Of a stretch of DNA of 64,000 nt, positions 31,380 through 39,542 are shown in pieces. Under the pieces are notes generated by a model that saw only the letters and a program-made list of their open reading frames with translations, was not told the origin of the DNA and searched no databases. The stretch's first letter is position 1. Every line of letters begins with the position of its first letter. The stretch lies in assembly GCA_964576195.1 (NCBI GenBank), contig CAZNUD010000002.1:4117-68116 (forward strand), read 5' to 3'. Made by a program: the position numbers and the translations under genes. Source of the stretch: an uncultured Oscillospiraceae bacterium (lineage in GTDB: Bacteria > Bacillota > Clostridia > Oscillospirales > Oscillospiraceae).

Positions 31380-32005
31380 TTTTCCTCTCCATGCAGTCCT
31401 TTTTTTAAAAAGGACAGTCTATGGATGGGTGATGGCCCGTGCTCACGCAAAGCGGCGTAATGGGCGGCGGTACCGTAACCCTTGTGCTTTGCAAAGCCGT
31501 ATTGAGGATAAAGCTTGTCCATCTCAGTCATATAGTGGTCACGGCTTACCTTTGCTAAAATTGATGCGGCGGCTATGTTTGCGCTAAGCGAGTCCCCCTT
31601 CACCACAGTTTTATTGGGGATTGAAATGCCGGCGTTTCGGTTGCCGTCAATAAGCGCAAAGGCAGGGCTGAGAGAGAGCATATGTATTGCCCTGTCTATG
31701 GCCTTTAATCTTGCGCAGAGAATGTTAATCTGTTCGATTTCCTCCACAGCTATGCTGGCAATGGCATAGGCAAGAGCTTTGTCGGTTATAGTGCCGAAAA
31801 GCTGCAGACGCTTTTTTTCGGAAAGCCGCTTGGAATCGTTTAGACCTTCAATAACAAGCTCCGGCGGCAAAATAACAGCAGCAGCGTACACCGGGCCGGC
31901 TAAAGGTCCGGCTCCGGCTTCATCACAGCCGCAAATCGGGGCTATCCCCTGCGCCATCAGCTCGCGCTCAATTGTCCATAAATCCGTTGGCTCTTGCTGC
32001 TTCAT
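31376..32005 (-). CDS. rnhB: ribonuclease HII
   Basis: GCDEAGAGPLAGPV catalytic motif, DSKRLS. Confidence 0.93.
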   Translation of the reverse strand: MKQQEPTDLWTIERELMAQGIAPICGCDEAGAGPLAGPVYAAAVILPPELVIEGLNDSKRLSEKKRLQLFGTITDKALAYAIASIAVEEIEQINILCARLKAIDRAIHMLSLSPAFALIDGNRNAGISIPNKTVVKGDSLSANIAAASILAKVSRDHYMTEMDKLYPQYGFAKHKGYGTAAHYAALREHGPSPIHRLSFLKKGLHGEEK

Positions 32006-32007
32006 TA

Positions 32008-32880
32008 TTATTTACCTGCCGTTTCTGGTCGCTCTAGGGAAATTCTGCCCAGTCTGCCGTCACGAAACTCATCGAGCAACACGGCGGACATGCGCTCTAA
32101 GTCGTATTCCCCCTTGGATAAGAGAAATCCGCGCTTTTTGGCGGCCTCCTCCAAAAGCTCGAAGCCGTTGGCCTCAGGGTCGGGGGTGAATTTGTAGCGC
32201 TGCTCTATGCTTTGCGGGTAAGTTTCCCTCAGTCTGAGCATAAGGTTTGAACTGAGTGTTTCGCGGTCTAGTATATCGTCTCTTATAGCTCCGGTGAAGG
32301 CAAGGTTTTCTCCGACAATCTGGCTATCAAATCGGGGCCAGAGAATACCCGGAGTGTCCAGCAGGTCAAGGCCTTTGCCAACACTTATCCACTGCTTGCC
32401 CCGTGTAACGCCGGGTCTGTCAGAGGCGGCGGCCGCTTTCCGACCTGCGACTTTATTGATAAAGGTAGATTTGCCGACATTTGGTATGCCCAGGATCATA
32501 GCCCGCAACGGACGCGTTGCCTGACCTTTAGCAGCGTATTCGGCAAGTTTATCTTTGAGGATTTGGCCAATTGCAGAGGAAAAGCCGTTTACACCCTTGC
32601 CACTTTTGCAGTCGGTTTCCAGAACCGGTAGGCCCAGGGATTTAAAGTGACTTCTCCACAGAGTTGTTACGGCGGGGTCCGCCTGATCAGCACGATTTAG
32701 GATAATCAGCCGGGGTTTTGAAGCTATCAGCCTGTCTATGTCCGGGTTGCGGCTGGAATAAGGTATGCGTGCATCAATAATCTCACATACAGCGTCTACA
32801 AGCTTGATATTTTCCCCTATCATGCGCTCGGCCTTGGTCATGTGACCGGGGAACCACTGAATGTTCATTTCTTCAGACAT
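32008..32880 (-). CDS. rbgA: ribosome biogenesis GTPase A (YlqF)
   Basis: Circularly permuted GTPase: WFPGHM, NRADQ, GIPNVGKST. Confidence 0.92.
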   Translation of the reverse strand: MSEEMNIQWFPGHMTKAERMIGENIKLVDAVCEIIDARIPYSSRNPDIDRLIASKPRLIILNRADQADPAVTTLWRSHFKSLGLPVLETDCKSGKGVNGFSSAIGQILKDKLAEYAAKGQATRPLRAMILGIPNVGKSTFINKVAGRKAAAASDRPGVTRGKQWISVGKGLDLLDTPGILWPRFDSQIVGENLAFTGAIRDDILDRETLSSNLMLRLRETYPQSIEQRYKFTPDPEANGFELLEEAAKKRGFLLSKGEYDLERMSAVLLDEFRDGRLGRISLERPETAGK

Positions 32881-32914
32881 TTTTTCTTCCTGTTTCTAAT
32901 CATAGTAGGGGTTT

Positions 32915-33586
32915 CTAAATTAACTGAAAGTCGCTTACGGGGAAAAGGCGCAAAAGCACCTTGCCGAGAATATAACGTTTGTCAACGCAGCCTATAGTGC
33001 TATCACGGCTGTCGGTTGAATGGTTGCGGTTATCGCCCATTACAAAAACCTGTCCCTCAGGAACGGTTATCATTCCGTCAAAGTCTATACGCTGATATGT
33101 GGGCTCAGCTATATACGGCTCCACCTGTGGAACGCCGTCAACATAAACAACGCCCGCATCAAAGTCAATATCCACGGTCTGACCTTCAACAGCAATCACA
33201 CGCTTAATAATTGGTTCATCCTGAAACTGGAGCTTTCGCAATACAACAATATCTCCCTGTTCAGGCTTAAAGAGGATTTTTGATATGATGACCTTGTCTC
33301 CGTTGTGAAAGGTAGGCACCATAGAAGAACCAATTATGCCAATTATACGGGCGAAAAAAGCAAAAGTGATTACGCAGATTATAAGTGCGGAAACAAGGCA
33401 TTGCAGCCAGTCATAAACCTCACTGCTTGCGGTAGTTGCCCCACCGTCGGACTTTTGCTTAGTGTTTGCGCGAATGCGTCTTGTTCTTCCCGCCCTTTCC
33501 GCTGCCGCTTCTTCGGCAAAAAAGCGCTCGTAGTCGAACTGTTCTTCCTCGCTCTTATTTTCTGAGCTATTATGTTCCTTATTCAA
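32915..33586 (-). CDS. lepB: signal peptidase I
   Basis: GSSMVPTF catalytic Ser, KRVIAVEG Lys box, GDNRNHSTDSR. TTG start after AAAGGGGG. Confidence 0.9.
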   Translation of the reverse strand: MNKEHNSSENKSEEEQFDYERFFAEEAAAERAGRTRRIRANTKQKSDGGATTASSEVYDWLQCLVSALIICVITFAFFARIIGIIGSSMVPTFHNGDKVIISKILFKPEQGDIVVLRKLQFQDEPIIKRVIAVEGQTVDIDFDAGVVYVDGVPQVEPYIAEPTYQRIDFDGMITVPEGQVFVMGDNRNHSTDSRDSTIGCVDKRYILGKVLLRLFPVSDFQLI

Positions 33587-33734
33587 AAAAGGGACCCCCT
33601 TTAGTTGCTTTCATGTTATTTCTTTTTAAGTATATTATACAGTAATTTAACAAAATTAAGCAAGTCATTTTTGTAAATAATTTATACATCCGTAAGAAGC
33701 TATACATAGCACAGGTTTTGTATCCCCTATAAAT

Positions 33735-33765
33735 AACGGCACCCGCTGTTTTTGCGGATGCCGTT
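33735..33765 (-). terminator. intrinsic terminator after the ATP-grasp/NTase gene
   Basis: 12-position stem AACGGCACCCGC / GCGGATGCCGTT (one mismatch). The minus-strand readout is followed by TTATTTAT. Confidence 0.55.
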
Positions 33766-33842
33766 TAGAAATCTAAGCCAGCGTTATCAAAGCCTGACTT
33801 TCAAATATATATACTTAAACAATTCTATTTTAATATCAACAT

Positions 33843-35402
33843 TTATGGTATTTCGGTGTCCTGCGGAGAACAAATCCGTAACGGCGTGGCAGGATCAACG
33901 GGCGATTTGATTTTAATCGCAAATGAGTTGCCCTCATTTATATCCTTATCCGTTACCATATGAATATCAAGGAGCTTATCAATCTTATATCCTGTTTGCA
34001 AATAGTTTACCTTTGCCAATGCACGGTTCCATCCATCCAGCCAGTTTTCTAATGCCGACTGCTGATAGCTGTTTTGCTCCTTGATATGAAGCAGCAGGTC
34101 AATATCGCTGCCCATACCAGCCTCGCCCGTATTGGTGCTTCCGAAAAGATAGATTTCCTTTACCCCAAAAGCCTCCATATCCAGCGAGTCTGCAATTTGC
34201 AGCGCCATAAAACGACGCCACTGCCAGTGGTTTTGTCTTTCATTATCCATCCAAAGAGGGGCCTGTGCGTCACTTTTTTCCAAATCCGCCCCGCTTGCCG
34301 ACTCCGGATCGGTTAGAAATGCTACTGCCTGCTCCAAATCGGAATTCATGTGTATTGAAAGGCTTTGTCCAGAATAGTCTGCCGGTATATCAATAACCTT
34401 GATAACATTGGAAAGTCGGGCAAAAGGTGGCAAGAATACACCAAGGATATTTTTGCTGTTTCGGAAAAAACCTTCTTTAAATATTATACCCTTATCATCG
34501 GAAAAAAGCGGTAAATATACTATCCCGGATTCCACAAGGTCCTGGAAAAATTGTGTCCCGAAAGAAGGTTCGGGCAAGTAGGCTTGCTTCTTCTTGGCAA
34601 ATTCAATTTCCACCGGTGAAAAAAGCAGAGGATAGTCATCCTTTACTCTGTCCACTGCTCTTGTCCCGAGCCCCATAACCATTTTAACAAGGCCGTCTTC
34701 CCGCTCAATGCGAGCCGACCAGCGCAAGAGATTATGGGAAAACGCAACACCGGAAAAAGCCAGCATATAATAATCCCCCACCCGGCTGCCAACAACCTCC
34801 TGAATTAGAATTCCCATTTGCTCGGCATAGTTTAGAAGCTCTTTTTCACGCCGGTACTCAATGGCATCGGGATTGTACATAGATGAATAAACCTCAAGGA
34901 TTGCATCAATCAGCGCTTCAAGCCGCTCTGCCCTTGTGCCTTGGTTTGGTAAAAACAGGCTTTTGTATTTTCCGCTAAACACTCTTCCCGGCTTGTCCTC
35001 CAGCAAGGATGAAGAACGGACAATCAAAGGAACATCCCCCATCTCCTCCAAAACAACATGAAGCATTTTTACTGTATGTGGGGGCAGCTTGGCGTTTTTA
35101 ATTTTGGATACAACGCTGTCGTAGGTTATTGGCAAATGCAGCAGTGAGTTGTATTTATAGGAATTGAATTCCTCTAAATTATTGTAATGCAGGAAGTCAA
35201 CCATCTGGTCTGTGGCCAAATACCACGTGCGGGGAGTTTTTATATCAAGGAGCAAGGGTTCATCCGCAGCCGCATGACGGAGAATCTGTTTTGCGATGAA
35301 AAGTCCGGCTCCTTTACCTCCTATATTTCCATTGCTGTTATCGGAACCAATAATTCTTTCCAATATCGATTCAAAATCGGAAATATTAAGATTGTCAAGC
35401 AC
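33843..35402 (-). CDS. PEP-synthase/PPDK-type ATP-grasp domain fused to a minimal nucleotidyltransferase domain
   Basis: GGKGAGL, RSSSLLEDKPGRVFSGKYKS, GILIQEVV and GLGTRAVD in the N-terminal half. LFGSTNTGEAGMGSDIDLLL (hG[GS]..DhD) in the C-terminal part. GTG start with no clear RBS. Confidence 0.65.
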   Translation of the reverse strand: MLDNLNISDFESILERIIGSDNSNGNIGGKGAGLFIAKQILRHAAADEPLLLDIKTPRTWYLATDQMVDFLHYNNLEEFNSYKYNSLLHLPITYDSVVSKIKNAKLPPHTVKMLHVVLEEMGDVPLIVRSSSLLEDKPGRVFSGKYKSLFLPNQGTRAERLEALIDAILEVYSSMYNPDAIEYRREKELLNYAEQMGILIQEVVGSRVGDYYMLAFSGVAFSHNLLRWSARIEREDGLVKMVMGLGTRAVDRVKDDYPLLFSPVEIEFAKKKQAYLPEPSFGTQFFQDLVESGIVYLPLFSDDKGIIFKEGFFRNSKNILGVFLPPFARLSNVIKVIDIPADYSGQSLSIHMNSDLEQAVAFLTDPESASGADLEKSDAQAPLWMDNERQNHWQWRRFMALQIADSLDMEAFGVKEIYLFGSTNTGEAGMGSDIDLLLHIKEQNSYQQSALENWLDGWNRALAKVNYLQTGYKIDKLLDIHMVTDKDINEGNSFAIKIKSPVDPATPLRICSPQDTEIP

Positions 35403-35636
35403 AAGGTTTATAACATTTTCGTCATTGGTAAGAAAACGGTGAGCAAGCTCGGCAATCAGCCATGTCTCTGTGGTGAAATATTAGAATTATCGCCTACAAG
35501 CTCGGTATATTTTCTCACAGCGTCTAATATTTCACTGACGCTTGCATCCTTGTTGTCAACCACCTTTACCAATGCAAGAACCCGCTGCTCCTTAAAGTTT
35601 GAATAATTGTATAATTGAAGTATTGGCCAGAATTTC

Positions 35637-35666
35637 AAAAAGAGATGTCTAATAGGCATCTCTTTT
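35637..35666 (-). terminator. intrinsic terminator of gdh
   Basis: Stem AGAGATG / CATCTCT with A/T extensions. The minus-strand readout is followed by TTTTTGAAA. Starts 15 nt after the gdh stop. Confidence 0.7.
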
Positions 35667-35680
35667 ATATTTATATTTGA

Positions 35681-36967
35681 TTATACCCAGCCGCGCAGCT
35701 TAACAGCTTCCGCTACCCGATTAATGGCAATGGTATATGCGGCGTCTCTCATATAGAGATCTTTTTCAACAGCAAGCTTATATACTGCGGCAAAGGCCTT
35801 GGTCATGCAATACTCTAACTTTTCAAAGACCTCCGCTATATCCCAGAAGTAGTTCATGCTGCACTGTACCTGCTCAAAATAACTGCAGGTTACACCGCCG
35901 GCATTACAAAGGAAGTCGGGCAGAAGTGTTATCCCCCGCTCACGAATCAGCGGATCGCAGTCGGGAGTGGTAGGTCCGTTCGCTGCCTCGCAGATAATTT
36001 TCACCTTTGAAGAGATCTCAGGAAGTACCGTCGGGGTAATTTGGTTTTCTAATGCCGCAGGAATGAGGATGTCCACATCCTGCTTAATCCAATCTTCGCC
36101 TGGAAGAACCTCATAACCTAATGCACTAGCCTTTTCCTTGTCAATGCTACCAAAGGAATCCTTAATAGCCACCAACTGTTCAATATCGCAGCCGCTTTCT
36201 TTCTTAAAAGTATATGACTTTGATTCGGCCTGATTCCAGCAGGATACAGCAATGACCTTGCCGCCCAGCTCAGTGTACATACGGGCAGCATACTCAGCCA
36301 CGTTACCAAAGCCTTGTATACTTGCTGCAGTGGATTCAACCGGAATGTTCATTTCGCGCAACAGGTTTTTAAGCACGTATATAACGCCGTAGCCTGTAGC
36401 TTCCCTGCGGCCCAGTGAGCCGCCCATGCCTACTGGTTTTCCCGTGATCATGCTGGGATAGCGGCCTCCGGAAATTGTTTCGTATTCGTCAAGCATCCAA
36501 AGCATATGCTGACCATTTGTCATAACGTCAGGCGCGGCTACGTCAAGGTTAGGTCCAAGCTGCGTATAAAGCTGGCGAATATATCCCCGGCAAAGTCTTT
36601 CCTGCTCGGATTTTGAAAGGTTATGAGGCTCGCAAATCACGCCGCCTTTTCCACCGCCCAGCGGAATGTCCACAACTGCACATTTCCATGTCATCCACAT
36701 GGAGAGGGCACGAACCGTATCGGCAGTTTCATGGGGATGAAAACGGATTCCACCCTTGGCCGGCCCCCTGGCGTCGTTGTGCCTGATACGAAAGGCCTTG
36801 AATACCTTGGTAGAGCCGTCATCCATTTTAACAGGGATATTAAATTGTGTTTCATACATGGGTTGACGAAGAAGCTCACAAGTGCCGCTGTCCAGTTCAA
36901 GGAGTGCAGCCACTTTATCAAATTGCTGTTGAGCACTTTCAAATGGGTTATAAACCGCTGTAGCCAT
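35681..36967 (-). CDS. gdh: NAD(P)-specific glutamate dehydrogenase
   Basis: 428 aa, KGGIRFHP, PLGGGKGG, GFGNVA dinucleotide fold. Confidence 0.92.
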   Translation of the reverse strand: MATAVYNPFESAQQQFDKVAALLELDSGTCELLRQPMYETQFNIPVKMDDGSTKVFKAFRIRHNDARGPAKGGIRFHPHETADTVRALSMWMTWKCAVVDIPLGGGKGGVICEPHNLSKSEQERLCRGYIRQLYTQLGPNLDVAAPDVMTNGQHMLWMLDEYETISGGRYPSMITGKPVGMGGSLGRREATGYGVIYVLKNLLREMNIPVESTAASIQGFGNVAEYAARMYTELGGKVIAVSCWNQAESKSYTFKKESGCDIEQLVAIKDSFGSIDKEKASALGYEVLPGEDWIKQDVDILIPAALENQITPTVLPEISSKVKIICEAANGPTTPDCDPLIRERGITLLPDFLCNAGGVTCSYFEQVQCSMNYFWDIAEVFEKLEYCMTKAFAAVYKLAVEKDLYMRDAAYTIAINRVAEAVKLRGWV

Positions 36968-37273
36968 GTTTTACCTCTCTTAATTAATTATATTTCAGAA
37001 AATAAAACGCCGAATAATCTATCTAATGATATTAGGCATAATAATACTATTATAAACCAATATTGTAAATAACACAACATCTTTATTTAGTGCATCACCT
37101 CATAACAGTGTTAAATACTGTTACACTGTATCATTGGGATATTACGTGCCGCGTAAGTTCAAATATGGGCCATTATCATAGTTTCGAGAACACCTGCTCC
37201 GTTTAAAGGCTTTAGGCTACATCGAAGAAACAGTCCTGGCATCAATTGCAGTCCAAACGCAATAGCACAAATA

Positions 37274-37318
37274 ACAGGCCAGCCGTGCCAAGCATTGAGC
37301 TTGAAACGGCTGGCCTGT
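37274..37318 (-). terminator. long interrupted hairpin downstream of rplS
   Basis: 12-bp perfect stem ACAGGCCAGCCG / CGGCTGGCCTGT enclosing an inner 5-bp stem CAAGC/GCTTG. Lies 79 nt past the rplS stop. T-rich on both sides. Confidence 0.55.
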
Positions 37319-37396
37319 TTTCGCGCCACTTGAAGCTGTTACACAAGTTCTTTATAGCTCCTGTGTTAGCCCCAAAAATGGCTTTTCTTTTTGAAG

Positions 37397-37738
37397 TTAA
37401 ACGCGCTCCTTGACCTTGGCCCTCTTGCCCACTCGGTCGCGGAGATAATAGAGCTTAGCTCTGCGTACCTTACCTCTACGAATGGTCTCAACTGAGACAA
37501 TCGTGGGGGAATGTACGGGGAAAACCTTCTCACATCCAACATTATAGGAGATGCGGCGAACCGTGATGGTTTCGCTTATACCGCCGTGCTTTCTGGCAAT
37601 GATAGTGCCGTCGAATGCTTGGTTTCTCTCGCGGTTACCTTCCTTAACACGAACGATAACGCGAACAGTGTCGCCTACGTTCATATCAGGAAGCTCGGGC
37701 TTCATATACTTCTTGCTAAGAGTTTGTACTAAATCCAT
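37397..37738 (-). CDS. rplS: 50S ribosomal protein L19
   Basis: 113 aa, [27 protein letters not shown], typical L19. Confidence 0.95.
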   Translation of the reverse strand: MDLVQTLSKKYMKPELPDMNVGDTVRVIVRVKEGNRERNQAFDGTIIARKHGGISETITVRRISYNVGCEKVFPVHSPTIVSVETIRRGKVRRAKLYYLRDRVGKRAKVKERV

Positions 37739-37840
37739 GTGTTCTTCCTCCCTTCACTGTAAACGTTCTTACGCGGTAAAAATCCCGCCAGAGGACCGTC
37801 CCTGTTAGGCGCAGCGAAAACAAAGGTGTTTCCGCATAGA
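37739..37840 (-). promoter_or_regulatory. structured 5' leader of rplS (candidate L19 autoregulatory leader)
   Basis: About 100 nt between the predicted promoter and the ATG. Contains a 9-bp hairpin GCGGAAACA-cctt-TGTTTTCGC. An L19 leader family is known in Firmicutes, but I cannot verify membership by eye. Confidence 0.3.
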
Positions 37841-37847
37841 CTTGAAG

Positions 37848-37876
37848 ATATTAACACATTTTTTTAATTCTTGCAA
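37848..37876 (-). promoter_or_regulatory. sigma-A-type promoter for rplS
   Basis: Minus strand reads TTGCAA-17 nt-TAATAT. Confidence 0.55.
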
Positions 37877-37916
37877 GGCTTATTTAAAATTATTCTAGGT
37901 TTTGCTTCTTTATGGC

Positions 37917-38765
37917 TCAATAGCCGATAATAAGGCCCCCGGCGTTGGCATAAATGGTGCTTATGCCGCCGGCTCTGTAGATGCGGCAATCCTTAAATGG
38001 CGCAGCTTTCATCAAAGCATCTCTGGTAAAGCGGGCCCTGTCTGGACACTGGCAGTGGGTGATGTAAAGGGTTGTATTGCTCATATCACGACCTGCACAA
38101 CGTTCCCTTACCTGTTCAGCCATTTTTAAAATTGCCCTGTCCATAGAAAGTGCCTTGCCGCGAACACAGATGTTGCCGTTTTCATCGCCGCCCATTATCA
38201 TTTTAATTTTAAGGGCGTTAGTTACTAAAGACTGTAAATGAGTTAGGCGTCCGTTCTTTCGGAAAACATCCAGGGTTTCTAGAATAAAATAGGTGGTTAA
38301 CCCGGAAATAAAGTCTAAGGTTTCCTTAACAACTTCATTAAAGCACTTTCCCGCCAGGCAAAGCTCGTGGAGCTTGCAGCAAATAGAAAGCATTGCGGCA
38401 GATGCACTTTTGGAGCTAAATACAAAAATGTTCTTTTCAGGATTTGAGCGCTTAAATATATCCGCCGCTACAATAGCACTGTTATAGCTGCCGCTAAGTT
38501 TGTCGGAAAGAGTAACAACGTAGATGTCATCCGCTTCCCCCTCCTCATAGGCCTCTATAAAGCTACCCGGTGCAGGGCAGGCAGACTTCGGAGCCGAGGA
38601 CGTTGCAGCCATTTTTCTAATAAGGTTGCTGCAATTAAGGTCTTTATCGTCCTTATATTCCTCGCCATCCAGCTCAATAGTGAGAGCAACCCGATTAAGC
38701 CAGTCATAATCGTGGTCAAGATAGGGGTAGTCGCAGCAGCTATCGCCTATTATCTTAAAATTCAT
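37917..38765 (-). CDS. DegV family fatty-acid-binding protein
   Basis: 282 aa, KIIGDSCCD N-terminus, LSGSYNSA and the overall DegV pattern. Confidence 0.8.
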   Translation of the reverse strand: MNFKIIGDSCCDYPYLDHDYDWLNRVALTIELDGEEYKDDKDLNCSNLIRKMAATSSAPKSACPAPGSFIEAYEEGEADDIYVVTLSDKLSGSYNSAIVAADIFKRSNPEKNIFVFSSKSASAAMLSICCKLHELCLAGKCFNEVVKETLDFISGLTTYFILETLDVFRKNGRLTHLQSLVTNALKIKMIMGGDENGNICVRGKALSMDRAILKMAEQVRERCAGRDMSNTTLYITHCQCPDRARFTRDALMKAAPFKDCRIYRAGGISTIYANAGGLIIGY

Positions 38766-38916
38766 ATTATGTCCCTCGCAAAAAAGTAGAATTAAACTAA
38801 AGCAGTTTTTAAAATCACATCATGTGGTGCAAAGAATTACTTTGTTTTAATTATACATATACGTTGTGGGGTTTGTCAATATATTTAGCACGGAATAAAA
38901 TGAATTAACAAATTTT

Positions 38917-39522
38917 TTACTTTTTAGCCAACTGCACAATTACATCAACACATTTGTCTATTCCCAGCTTTCCACTGTTAAGAGAAAGGTCATAGTTTTC
39001 GCACCGCCCCCATGTGCGGCCGGTATAATTCTTGTAGTATACCGCACGCTTTTTATCCTTTTCATCAAGGCGCTTAAAGGGGGCGTTGTCGCGCTCGCCA
39101 TAGAGCTCAACTATTCGTTTTGCCCTAAAACCATTGTCTGCGTGGATAAATACATGCAGGGTATGTGGCTCCTCTCTAAGGATATAGTCCGAGCATCTAC
39201 CCACAATAACACAGGGACCTTCGGAGGCCAGCTTTTTTATAATATTATGCTGTATTACATAAAGACGGTCAGAAATGCCCGGCATGCCGTCGAAGCCGCT
39301 GCCCCCGCTGCTTCTAGCTAGGTTGAAGAGAAAGCTGCTTTTTGAAGTGGCGTCCTCTCCCCTTTTTTCAATAAATTCTTCGGCATAACCGCTTTCCTGA
39401 GCTATGCGCTCAACAAGCGCCCTGTCATAGAAGGCGAGACCCAGACGTTCGGCCGCAAGCCTTCCGATGGTGCGGCCACCGCTGCCGAACTCGCGGCTGA
39501 TGGTAATTATATTAGAACTCAT
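38917..39522 (-). CDS. cytidylate kinase-like family protein
   Basis: ITISREFGSGGRTIGRLAAERLGLAFYD is the hallmark N-terminus of the Cytidylate_kin2 family. Confidence 0.8.
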   Translation of the reverse strand: MSSNIITISREFGSGGRTIGRLAAERLGLAFYDRALVERIAQESGYAEEFIEKRGEDATSKSSFLFNLARSSGGSGFDGMPGISDRLYVIQHNIIKKLASEGPCVIVGRCSDYILREEPHTLHVFIHADNGFRAKRIVELYGERDNAPFKRLDEKDKKRAVYYKNYTGRTWGRCENYDLSLNSGKLGIDKCVDVIVQLAKK

Positions 39523-39542
39523 TATAAATTCCTCCCAGTTGC

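Noticed and set aside
35456-35659. 67-aa minus-strand ORF as an independent gene
   Set aside because: Its ATG lies in the loop of the gdh terminator hairpin and has no RBS. The sequence is more likely the out-of-frame 5' remnant or leader of the downstream ATP-grasp/NTase gene (reported as a finding instead).
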